This document shows, piece after piece, positions 22,806 to 32,703 of a DNA stretch of 64,000 bases. Within the stretch, counting starts at the first letter, position 1. Each line of letters begins with the position of its first letter. Below the pieces are notes generated by a model. The model saw only the letters and a list, made by a program, of their open reading frames with translations. It did no database searches and was not told where the DNA came from. The DNA is from Corallochytrium limacisporum Hawaii (taxonomy: Eukaryota > Protista > Pluriformea), in the NCBI GenBank assembly GCA_002811645.1, contig PDIP01000036.1, positions 62,001-126,000 of the forward strand, read 5' to 3'. The position numbers and the translations under genes are program-made.

Positions 22806-23441
22806 TCCCGAGGCAAAGGTTAACACACAGCGACAATCCCGCGGGACGACCTTTTGTGCTCAGGGATTCCCCCCCCCCGCGGGGAGGGGGCCTGGGCGCC
22901 CCCGGTTTGTTTATTCTGAGAACCAGTGACTTCCCCGGGTAACGGGGTCGGCAGGAGCTTTGCCCAGAGACGGGCAATGATGGCGGCTTAGTATTGAAAC
23001 AATGGAGAACGGCCCGGTGGAATAATGTGCCTGTCTGAAGTGAATAAACCCGCCGCTTTTGAGCGGATGCCAGCTCAAAGTGCCAGGACAGGGTTAACCG
23101 CAAGACTTACCTTTTTCTCTCTACTTGGACAATTTCTTCCCATTCATTAACCTCCTACTCGTTGGGTCATGTGGGCACAGTTTTCCATCGGGCCAGTTTG
23201 GGATTCGACGCTTTTGGTTCAAGCAAGGGGCCAGGAGGCAGCCACCGAGCAGAGCGCTGCCAAGTGGCGGGTTTTCCGGTCAGTAGTGAGCGTCCCATAA
23301 CCCCACAACCAAGTCGGAATCTTCGGGACATCGGGACATCAGAGAGAGGAGTGACGGGAGAGAACGGGGAGCCTAGAGAGAGAGAGAGGGGAAAAGGCGC
23401 GGGCGCCCCCCTCCTGGGGGGCCCCGGGGGGGGGGGGGGGG

Positions 23442-23666
23442 NNNNNNNNNNNNNNNNNNNNNNNNNNNNNNNNNNNNNNNNNNNNNNNNNNNNNNNNNNN
23501 NNNNNNNNNNNNNNNNNNNNNNNNNNNNNNNNNNNNNNNNNNNNNNNNNNNNNNNNNNNNNNNNNNNNNNNNNNNNNNNNNNNNNNNNNNNNNNNNNNNN
23601 NNNNNNNNNNNNNNNNNNNNNNNNNNNNNNNNNNNNNNNNNNNNNNNNNNNNNNNNNNNNNNNNNN
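23442..23666. other. Assembly gap (N run)
   Basis: 225 N between poly-G tracts. Confidence 0.99.
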
Positions 23667-24127
23667 GGGGGGGGGAAGGTAACGAAGGGAACGACGATCC
23701 CTTGTGCGAAGGGCGGGAATTGTCAGAACGACACGGGCGTCTGTGAAGGGAATGTGGCCTTCAGTACTAATTCCACGGGCACCGCTGGGGGAGTGGAGGC
23801 CCCGTAGAGTAACAAGGCCGTGAAGAAGTGGCTGAAGAGTCCTACAGTGGCTGCCGCAGGGGTTTGTTCAGAAAGGGTGTGGGGAGGCCGGGGAGGCGAA
23901 CGGTGTTGCATTCCTGACTGCATATCTGTATGGGGACTACCTCCGTTCGTGTACGTACATCTTATCAAACTAATGGACTTTGTTTTCGGAAGTTGGAACC
24001 TAAGTTTGTCTTGCGATACTATTCTGTTTGGTATCAGGTATATCAGACACTCGTGGATTGGGAGGATCACGTCCCTACGCGTGGAGGTCTGCACTCTTAA
24101 GACAATGGGTACGCTTCCAGGTTAGCC

Positions 24128-25264
24128 ATGCGTGTCCCCATCATCAGATTACTGCCCCTTGTTGCCTTCTTGGCCGCAAGCATGGTGCAGAGCTGTACTT
24201 GGGACGAGGATGGCTTTGGCCTCGTTGACCTTTTTGCGGCGAAAGAAGGGCCCCATGGAAGCAAAATGCATCTGCGCGGTACTATGTATAGGAAGCCACA
24301 GAACTTGGCCGACAGTTCCGTTGGACTTGTTTACCGCTCCGGGTCGGATATTCAGTGCTGTCAGTCCATTCATGACCAGTACTCTCGCCCTGTTGATGAT
24401 AAGTACTGGTCCATTGAGAAAACGGGCGTGGACACAGTCAGGCTTTTCTATGTTCACCACTCTGACTCGTTCATGGGCTGCCTCCATGTTCCCCTGTTCG
24501 GAGCCGATGACAACCTTTCTGTCGGCGATCACCTGCGCTGGCAGATGGTTGAGACTGTCAATGGCGCATGGCCTGAAGACCCTTGTCCTGCACAATCAGG
24601 AATCTCAGAGTTTAAGATGACACCGGAGACGTCTCCTTCGTTTGGACCAAATGCTTTCACCCTCTCAGTCGAACACAATGGTGAAGAGTTTCTACTAGGA
24701 GGCAGTTCCGAACATACCTACGCCGCCGTAATCCTTACTCCTATGGACGACAAGCATAGGTATGTCTTCGCAGCGGCGTCAGTGAGTCCCGAATCTGAGC
24801 ACTACCCTCATGAAATTTACAGATTCGATAACAATATGGTCGACGTCTGCTACGCGCACTTTTGGCCGCCTGCTGAGTGGAACAAAGTGCAGGAACCCAC
24901 GCTTAACGACTGGGGTAAGTGTCACCTTACTTTGGACGAAATCGAAGCCATGGATCTGGAAGCCGACGATATTACAATTTCCGTGGCAGATCTGAGTGTC
25001 GAGGACGGCCACCTCAATCCCCTTTACAAGGACCAACTGGCGTCTGAATCAACGGCATGCACCGACCCTTCGAAGACTTCAACACCGCCTCCGAATACTT
25101 CCACACCACCACCGACCACTGCAACACCGCCTCCGGAAGAGTCGGGCACACAATCCGAAATCATTGGTGGTGGTGATAAGGGAAACAGTAGCGACGCGAA
25201 AGTTCCTGTAAATCGAACAGTGGCCCTCATTGCAGGCCTGACTCTCACTGTTTTTGGCCTTTAG
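24128..25264 (+). CDS. Uncharacterised secreted, probably GPI-anchored surface protein
   Basis: 378 aa. Signal peptide (MRVPIIRLLPLVAFLAASMVQS), Cys-containing beta-rich body, Thr/Pro stalk, small-residue omega region (GNSS) and hydrophobic C-terminus (VALIAGLTLTVFGL). Confidence 0.8.
   Translation: MRVPIIRLLPLVAFLAASMVQSCTWDEDGFGLVDLFAAKEGPHGSKMHLRGTMYRKPQNLADSSVGLVYRSGSDIQCCQSIHDQYSRPVDDKYWSIEKTGVDTVRLFYVHHSDSFMGCLHVPLFGADDNLSVGDHLRWQMVETVNGAWPEDPCPAQSGISEFKMTPETSPSFGPNAFTLSVEHNGEEFLLGGSSEHTYAAVILTPMDDKHRYVFAAASVSPESEHYPHEIYRFDNNMVDVCYAHFWPPAEWNKVQEPTLNDWGKCHLTLDEIEAMDLEADDITISVADLSVEDGHLNPLYKDQLASESTACTDPSKTSTPPPNTSTPPPTTATPPPEESGTQSEIIGGGDKGNSSDAKVPVNRTVALIAGLTLTVFGL
25076..25138 (+). 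repeat. Three imperfect 21-bp coding tandem repeats (TSTPPPN/TSTPPPT/TATPPPE)
   Basis: ACTTCAACACCGCCTCCGAAT / ACTTCCACACCACCACCGACC / ACTGCAACACCGCCTCCGGAA. Confidence 0.85.
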
Positions 25265-25967
25265 GTGCTAGTAAGCACATCTGTTCGCGTACCCGTCTCC
25301 TCCGAAGGAGAACCCGTTCACCATCATCAGTCTCATGAACCATGTGTCAACATCCATTGCCTTCATCATATTCATCTGTATCATTTGTCAAACATCCATA
25401 ACATCATCCATCATCATAACAATAGACACTGTGTAATATACTCCATTCCGATGTAAATTTTGTATTGCACTTGCAACCATGACTGGGCGGCGCCAATTCC
25501 CCAGTGGGCTCGTGGTGCTTGCTTGCCTCCTCAGCATTTTTACATACGGATTTTTTCATAACGATAAATTTAACATACCTAAATTTTTCAAATGGCGTTT
25601 AGTCCCTCCCTTGCCGGACAGGTACACACTACTACTCTGCTGTGCGGAACTTTTTCACTATAGCAGTCAGCACTGTGAAACGAGAAGGGGACGGGGTGAG
25701 GGACCCGTGAATTGTGCGTGCGCCGCCCGAGTAGGCCGGGCAACCCGGAGACGTCACTTGACGGATCCGGTACCACCTTGCATGTACGTTGCTACTGGTA
25801 GTTGAGACATATTAATGCTGACATTTCGCATTGGCTTAGGCGAAATTAGTGGTGAGGAACATGTAAACAATGGAATGAGGCGATCACAGACGGAAGCGTG
25901 GAAGTAAGGTGAACTGCGAGCAGCAACGTCAAACCCTAGTGTAACTGTAGAACTAGACTAGTAAACC

Positions 25968-26243
25968 ATGCACCCTCCATTGGACGAGCACTTGCACTCT
26001 AGCGAGTGTAACAAGATCATAAGAGAATTAGAACTTTGCCACAAGGACAACCCATGGATGCAATACCTTGGGGTCTGCAACGACATCAAGAACCAACTGA
26101 ACCAGTGCTTGCGTGAGGAATTTCTTGTCGTCCGGGACCGTAACGCTGCGAAGGGACGTCGGAAACGTGAACGTTACGAGAAGTTGAAAGCTGAGATTGC
26201 TGCTGCGGAGGCTGCGGAGGCTGCTGCAGAGGAAAACAAATAG
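25968..26243 (+). CDS. CMC2: COX assembly mitochondrial protein 2 (twin CX9C, Cmc1 family)
   Basis: MHPPL..H, C-X9-CH, GVCND-X-CL twin CX9C motif. Confidence 0.9.
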   Translation: MHPPLDEHLHSSECNKIIRELELCHKDNPWMQYLGVCNDIKNQLNQCLREEFLVVRDRNAAKGRRKRERYEKLKAEIAAAEAAEAAAEENK

Positions 26244-26384
26244 ATCGTAATTATGAATATGGAATTAATCAATTTTCGATGTATTACACTACTATGTCAG
26301 AATGATGATCGCCCTACATTGGACAAGGACGTGTCGAACGTGAGAAAAAGAAATGATTGGTTGGAGTTTTGTTTTGAATGAAGT

Positions 26385-28352
26385 TTACAGCTCATCATTG
26401 ACAAACTCCTGACCACCTTGGTCGGCGTACAGCTTAGCAATGATGGGCTGGCTGACACCGTTCAGCTGCTCGAGAGCCTCCTTGTATTCCTCAGCGCTAC
26501 CGTCCGGGTTGCTGTCCAGGAATTCGATGGCCTGGTCGGCAGCCTCAACGATGGAGGCCTTGTCCTCTTCGCTGAGCTTGTCACCGAGCTTCTCGGGGTC
26601 CTTGACCTGCTGCTTCAGGCTGTAGGCGGTAGACTCCAGGGAGTTCTTAGCGTCAACCTTCTCCTTCAGAGCCTTGTCCTCCTCTGCGAAGCGCTCGGCG
26701 TCCTTGATCATGCGGTCAATCTCATCGGGGGTCAGACGGTTCTGGTCGTTCTGGATAGTGATGGACTCAGTCTTACCGGTACCCTTATCCACGGCAGAAA
26801 CAGTCAGAATAGAGTTGGCGTCAATCTCGAAGGTGACCTCAATCTGGGGGACACCACGGGGAGCTGGGGGGATATCAGTGAGGTCGAAGGTACCCAGGAG
26901 ATGGTTGTCCTTGGTCATGGAGCGCTCACCCTCGAATACCTTAATGGAAACGGTGGGCTGGTTATCGGCGGCGGTGGAGAAGATCTGGGACCTCTTGGTC
27001 GGGATCTTGGTGTTCCGCTCAATCAGGGTGGTCATGACACCACCGACGGTCTCAATGCCCATAGTCAGAGGGTTGACATCGAGCAGCAGAACGTGGTCCA
27101 GACCAGTCGCCTTACCACTAATAACACCACCCTGCACAGCAGCACCGTAGGCAACAGCCTCATCGGGGTTGATACCGCGGTTCGGTTCCTTGCCATTGAA
27201 GAAGTCCTTCACCAACGACTGAATCTTGGGGATACGAGTGGAACCACCGACCAATACAATTTCGTGAATTTCCCGCTTTTCCATATCACCGTCCTTCATG
27301 ACGTTGCGAATAGGGTCCATGGTCTTCTGGAACAGATCGGCGTTCAGCTCCTCGAACTTGGCACGGGTCAAAGTCTCGCTGAAGTTTTCACCATCGATCA
27401 GGGACTCAATCTCAACGCGAGTTTGGTGCTGGCTGGACAGGGTGCGCTTGGCCTTCTCAACCTCACGGCGCAACTTCTGCACGGCACGCTTGTCGCTGCG
27501 GATGTCCTTACCGGCCTTCTTCTTGTACATGTCGATGAAGTAGTCCATGACACGCTCATCAAAGTCCTCACCACCCAAGTGAGTGTCACCGTTGGTGGCC
27601 ACAACCTCGAAGACACCGTCCTCAATGGTTAGCAGGGAGACATCGAAGGTACCACCACCGAGATCGAAGACAATAACGTTCTTCTCACCCTCGTTCTGGT
27701 TCAGACCGTAGGCAATGGCGGCGGCAGTGGGCTCGTTAATGATACGCTCAACCTTCAATCCCGCAATGGTACCGGCATCCTTGGTAGCCTGGCGCTGCTG
27801 ATCGTTGAAGTAGGCAGGGACAGTCACGACGGCGCGCTTGACGGTGTGGCCGAGGTAGGCCTCAGCAGTCTCCTTCATCTTAGTCAGAACCATGGCACTG
27901 ATCTCTTCGGGGGCGAAGACCTTGGTGCCCTCATCACCAACCTCAACCTGAACGTTGGGGCGAGCGTTCTTATTGATGACATGGAAAGGGAAGTACTTCA
28001 GGTCGCGCTGCACGTCCTTATCGTCCCAGGTGCGGCCAATCAGACGCTTGGCGTCAAAGACGGTGTTGGTGGGGTTAGTGGTCAGCTGGTTCTTGGCGGC
28101 GTCACCGACCAGACGCTCAGCTTCGTCAGTGAAAGCGACATAAGAGGGAGTAATGCGGTTACCCTGGTCGTTGGGGATGATTTCAACACGTCCGTTCTTG
28201 TACACACCCACACAAGAGTAGGTGGTACCCAAGTCAATGCCGATGATCACATCGTCCTCGGGGTTGTCAGCCTGGACCGGGGTAAAGGCCAGGCAGAGCA
28301 CAAAGAGGATGGCCATCAGGCCAAACATGCTGCGCCACGTACGCGTGTTCAT
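26385..28352 (-). CDS. HSPA5: ER Hsp70 chaperone BiP/GRP78
   Basis: Signal peptide, [49 protein letters not shown]-terminal NDEL. Start set to the first in-frame ATG (MNTRTW, 28352). Confidence 0.97.
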   Translation of the reverse strand: MNTRTWRSMFGLMAILFVLCLAFTPVQADNPEDDVIIGIDLGTTYSCVGVYKNGRVEIIPNDQGNRITPSYVAFTDEAERLVGDAAKNQLTTNPTNTVFDAKRLIGRTWDDKDVQRDLKYFPFHVINKNARPNVQVEVGDEGTKVFAPEEISAMVLTKMKETAEAYLGHTVKRAVVTVPAYFNDQQRQATKDAGTIAGLKVERIINEPTAAAIAYGLNQNEGEKNVIVFDLGGGTFDVSLLTIEDGVFEVVATNGDTHLGGEDFDERVMDYFIDMYKKKAGKDIRSDKRAVQKLRREVEKAKRTLSSQHQTRVEIESLIDGENFSETLTRAKFEELNADLFQKTMDPIRNVMKDGDMEKREIHEIVLVGGSTRIPKIQSLVKDFFNGKEPNRGINPDEAVAYGAAVQGGVISGKATGLDHVLLLDVNPLTMGIETVGGVMTTLIERNTKIPTKRSQIFSTAADNQPTVSIKVFEGERSMTKDNHLLGTFDLTDIPPAPRGVPQIEVTFEIDANSILTVSAVDKGTGKTESITIQNDQNRLTPDEIDRMIKDAERFAEEDKALKEKVDAKNSLESTAYSLKQQVKDPEKLGDKLSEEDKASIVEAADQAIEFLDSNPDGSAEEYKEALEQLNGVSQPIIAKLYADQGGQEFVNDEL

Positions 28353-28450
28353 TGTGACAGTTGTTCTTTTCACTCTGTTTCCATCAAAACAAAGGATTGG
28401 AAGTTGCGAGCCATCAGCCAAGGTCGGCCACGCGCACGGTGTTCTCACCG

Positions 28451-28493
28451 TTTAAATACCTGCGACGTGCGTGTCCTCTGGGAACGACGTGGC
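28451..28493 (-). promoter_or_regulatory. Candidate BiP proximal promoter: TATTTAAA box with an upstream XBP1/Hac1-type UPRE core (GCCACGTC)
   Basis: Minus strand has GCCACGTC at 28493-28486, GCACGTC at 28470-28464 and TATTTAAA at 28458-28451, about 100-140 bp upstream of the ATG. Confidence 0.45.
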
Positions 28494-30201
28494 CAACTCT
28501 CCCGTTGACACAGCATCACATTCGACCAAACAGCGAGCGCCACAGAACACACAAAGCCGAACACAAACGGACAAAAAAACACACACACACCGTCCATCGC
28601 TAGCGCTCAGAGCAGGGCCCTAGTCGAAGGGGCCGGGGTTCTGGTGTTTGGTGATGCGAAGCAAAGGGGGGGGGGGGGTAGACACAGAGAAGAGAGCGAG
28701 AGTGAGAACTGTGGTGGTGGTGGTAAGCTCCCGGTGTTTTTTTAAAATTTTCCTTTCCGCTTTTGCCCGTCCGTGCGTGGTGCCGAGAAAGTCTTTTGGT
28801 CCCCCCGGTCGCGCCCCTGTTGTGCACTCTTGTGCAGTGCAGAAGTGCAGTGCGTATCTGAAACATGAGCACTACCTCCACACACCTCCAAGAAAAAATA
28901 AGAAAAGCAAAAAATATGAAAAACTCGGACGGTGCCCGTTGTGCAGACACAGAGAGAGAGAGAGAAAGAGCGAGGAGGCCCCCCCCCCCAAAAGTCCAAC
29001 AGGGAATCCCCGATAAACAAACGAAAACACGCGCCCCATTGCCTCCGCTATCACCACTTGCCTATAGTAAATGTATTGACAACTATCTTGCATTGGGCAG
29101 AACCATTTCGTTTGATCCGTGTCGCTGATCGGGAAGGAAAAAAGAAAGAAGAAAAAAAAAAGGGAGACCCCACGGGGAGCTCTTGCTCTGCGGTCGCGGG
29201 CCCCTGTGGCTCTCCACGCGAAAGGAATCCTTACGCCTCTCCGTGTCCAAAGTATCGCTTCCTCCTCCTTTTCTTCTCTCTCTCTCCCCCTCTGTGTGTG
29301 TGTGTGTGTCTCCGTCTCTCCTTTTGCTCCCTCTCTAAATTCCTCCCGGTTTAGCAGTGTGTCCGAGCGAGAGTGAGAGCGAGAGCGAGAGAGAGACAGA
29401 CAGGGAGAGTGTGTATTCCTTGTTTGCTTCCTTCTTAAACACAACAAACACACGTGTCGCAGCATAAAGAAAAGGCGTAGCAAAGTTTTGCAAACGTTAC
29501 CTCCACCTCACGAAAATGGAGAGAGAGAGAGATGATAACGGTAGTACTTGAATGGCCCTTGTTTTTTTCTTTGTTGTTTTTTTTTTGTTTTCGGTGGTCT
29601 TTCCAAATTGTTTTCCTGGATCTTTTTTTTTCTCGTCGTTATCGGAATTCTCCGCCTTTTTTCTATTATTCTTAAGGCTTTCAATAGTGAGTGAAGGGGC
29701 TCTGGAGGTCAAGGACAAGCAATGGAGAACCTCTGCACAGTACCAAACAGAGGATTAATGATATTTGTTCGGGAATGCCTCATAGTTATTATACTGTACA
29801 TTACACTCGGATCAGTCCCGATTGATGTGTTTAGAGACGTTCCCGTCGGCTCCCCTTGCGACTGCCCCTTACAGCCCCTTCCACCTGCCCTGACTGAGAG
29901 CTCATACTTAAACAATGGCAAATAGAACTAAGCTTTCATACCTTCCCCCAAGCAAGGACATCTAAAACAGTTCTTTCGTTTTCGTTTCTCTCTTCTTCTT
30001 GTTTTTTTTTTCGCTTTCAGTATTTTTATTTGTTGTTTTTTCAAAGTTTGCCCCTTGTTTTATTATTTGCCGCAAGTGGGCAGGAGATCTCTGGTACCGA
30101 AACGGTGGCGGGGCCCGTTTGTTGGTATGGGCGCCGATGAATTCGGACGGGAGTGGGACGTTTTCACTATGGAAAATTTCTCCCTCGGCCCCCGCCGTCC
30201 A

Positions 30202-30250
30202 CTTGGTCGACGCTGATTGGCTGAATGCAATCCAATGAATTCTTGCCAAA
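30202..30250. promoter_or_regulatory. Back-to-back ERSE-like elements (CCAAT-N9-CCAAN)
   Basis: Minus strand 30220-30202: CCAAT CAGCGTCGA CCAAG. Plus strand 30232-30250: CCAAT GAATTCTTG CCAAA. Both lie upstream of BiP. Confidence 0.35.
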
Positions 30251-30496
30251 TTGAGGGCAGCGGGGCTACTCGATTAGGGACAGCTGCCGCTGGGGCACGC
30301 TTTGAGGTTTCAGTTCATACGCGGCCGCAAGGGCAGAAACACCAAAGGCAAAGCGGGAGACAAGACTACGGCTATTCGCACCACAAAACGATGCTCGATA
30401 TCCTCCAACAATGGCGATCGCGAACCTTCATCGACCGACCATTGGGCCATCCTGGTACGGTATTAGTAATAGACCCTATATGTATTGTTTTGCTGC

Positions 30497-31675
30497 TTAT
30501 GACGATGATGACGATGGTATTGTACTACACAGTGAGCGGGGTAGGCAGAGCTCAGGCGCAAAAATGGTCTGCTGGGGGGATCCTTCTTTCTCTTCTCCTG
30601 TGAAAGATTCGAGTTGGTCCAAAGCGGCCAGAGCAAAGAAAGTGTGGTAAACGTCACCATCGTCTTTGACTCTTGCGCCAATACCTCCGCTATTGTGGTC
30701 TTCACAATGTGTAATAAAGTCCACAATCTTCGATGCTTCAAATATGCTCTTATTGTCAACAGGTGCATGGGCGTCCTGTAGCATCCTCACAGTGGCAGAC
30801 GTCCACCACGCGTAGCACACATCCGATGTCTTCCCATATCTGCCGGCAATACCTCCGTCGCTGCCGCTCTGTAGTCCACTCAGCCATTGTCCTAAGGTTT
30901 TGAATGCCGACGGCTTCTCGGCAATCATGGCATCCAGGCGTCCAAGGAGCTTCAACAGGGCCACACCACAGAAGGTGTATCCTGCATGCGCAGCAGCGTT
31001 CGGGCACATACCAAACCCACTGCCCAATCTCTGGGAGTTCATCACAAAGGAACAAATGTCGTCTACGAGTGGTAGATCGAGGTCCGCTGCTCCGAGAAGG
31101 CGGAGAGCATAAACTGTCGAGTACAGATTACGTAAATCGCGCATACTCACCGCGTCAAATCCACACAGTCGTTCACCGTGGACGAGTCCGCTGAATTGGT
31201 TCAGATGCTCACGCAAAGGACGTTGGCAGGCCTCCCGCCGCTGCTCAGACAAAACCTGCGAGGCAAGAGGCTCTCCGAGGATTGACAAGACCTGTAGTGC
31301 AGACAAAGTCGACACCGGAGTCACTGCACCTCCGGGGCACCCGGCAAATCCTGTTCGGTCTACATCGTAACAAGCCGTCAGATATTTGGCAATAAGGTCC
31401 TCGGGAAGGTCAGGTATATCGGAGCCATCTGCCAGCAGAAGTAGCCCTCCCACACACCAATAGATGCAGGGCGTGATCGAGTGCCTTGCTGACCAATACC
31501 CAAAGCTTTTCCAGGACTCTATCGACTCCCAGAATTTGTCAATTGTCTGGGGACTAACACTTCCGCCTGTCGCCGCCGAACTCTGCAGGGACGCCGGAAT
31601 TACTTCACGAAGGAACTGCAGCAGGTAGGTACGGTGCTTCTCAGTATTGATCCTAGAATTAGGAAACCCTGTCAT
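30497..31675 (-). CDS. Protein prenyltransferase beta subunit, divergent RabGGTase-beta (RABGGTB/BET2)-like
   Basis: EKHRTYL, IYWCVGGL, TLSALQVL, HAGYTFC, GRYGKTSDVCYAWW (Zn ligands Asp/Cys), DVYHTFF (Zn ligand His), PELCLP. Confidence 0.8.
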   Translation of the reverse strand: MTGFPNSRINTEKHRTYLLQFLREVIPASLQSSAATGGSVSPQTIDKFWESIESWKSFGYWSARHSITPCIYWCVGGLLLLADGSDIPDLPEDLIAKYLTACYDVDRTGFAGCPGGAVTPVSTLSALQVLSILGEPLASQVLSEQRREACQRPLREHLNQFSGLVHGERLCGFDAVSMRDLRNLYSTVYALRLLGAADLDLPLVDDICSFVMNSQRLGSGFGMCPNAAAHAGYTFCGVALLKLLGRLDAMIAEKPSAFKTLGQWLSGLQSGSDGGIAGRYGKTSDVCYAWWTSATVRMLQDAHAPVDNKSIFEASKIVDFITHCEDHNSGGIGARVKDDGDVYHTFFALAALDQLESFTGEEKEGSPQQTIFAPELCLPRSLCSTIPSSSSS

Positions 31676-31962
31676 TTCGATCTATCATTTTTGTGGCGTC
31701 TGTTGCCGTTACACAAAGTTTCGTGTACTTTTGGTCGGCTAGTCCATCGTTAAGTGGGTTGTTCTTCGTAAATATCTTTTCTCAAGCTGCCTCTCGCCCT
31801 TTGGAAGACTTGAAGGGGGCGTTGGAGGGAGACCGTACGCAAAACAGTCGGGGAGGGTGAGACTTTCGGGCTAGCGCGCTTCTTAACAGGGTACAAGAAA
31901 ACAGTACACACCCACCAGATCACCAGAGGCAGTCGTGTGAAGAGTGTTTTGTAGAAATCACT

Positions 31963-32592
31963 ATGGCGAAGATTACTGAGCTCGCAGAGGACGAAACCAC
32001 CGGGCTTCGTAAGCGTCAGGTTCGACCGGAGGGTGTTCCCGACAATGTGGAAGTCTACGAAGTGGAGCAATCCGATGACTCTAAGCCTGACTTTGGCGTG
32101 CTGGCCATCTCTGTTTTTACTGCCAGTATTCTGAGCACACTTGTTTTATGCCTAGTGTCTTTCGCCGTGACTAGGGGAGAATCCATTGTTTTCGAAAAGG
32201 AGTGGCTGATCCGGAAACTCGTTTGGGGAACGTTGCATGACTATGTCACGGGGGACCATGTATTCACGGCAGAGGAACTCAAGGGATATGACGGTTCAGA
32301 CCCCAGCAAACCCTTATATCTCGCCTTTGACGGGGTCGTCTACGATGTCACTGCCGGAACCAAGCACTATGGTCCGGAGGGTGGATACAATTTCTTTGCG
32401 GGACGTGATGCAACACGGTCATACGTCACTGGTGACTTTGAAAACGACCTTCATCACGACGTTACAGGACTTACTGAGAAGCAGCTGAAGGGCTTAGAAG
32501 CGTGGCGTACTCTTTATTCGAATTCGAACATCTACTTCAGGATTGGCATCATGGATCATGCCGTAGCTGAGGAAGAAAAGAAAGCACCCTGA
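31963..32592 (+). CDS. Membrane-associated progesterone receptor family cytochrome b5-like heme/steroid-binding protein (neuferricin/PGRMC-like)
   Basis: TM helix followed by FTAEELKGYDGS..KPLYLAFDGVVYDVTAG..HYGPEGGYNFFAGRDATRSYVTGDF. Confidence 0.9.
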   Translation: MAKITELAEDETTGLRKRQVRPEGVPDNVEVYEVEQSDDSKPDFGVLAISVFTASILSTLVLCLVSFAVTRGESIVFEKEWLIRKLVWGTLHDYVTGDHVFTAEELKGYDGSDPSKPLYLAFDGVVYDVTAGTKHYGPEGGYNFFAGRDATRSYVTGDFENDLHHDVTGLTEKQLKGLEAWRTLYSNSNIYFRIGIMDHAVAEEEKKAP

Positions 32593-32703
32593 TTGATTTG
32601 ACCTCACAAGCTCGAAAACATACACAAATTAGAATTTGGTCTTTGCTGTGCTATACGCTGTATTTTGCCGTGCCTTTTGCTGTCTGACCTATCAAATGGA
32701 GAC

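Noticed and set aside
26418-28508. Long + strand ORFs (404 aa and 220 aa) antisense to BiP
   Set aside because: Well-known Hsp70 antisense open frames caused by strong codon bias, often misannotated as NAD-glutamate dehydrogenase. No independent support.
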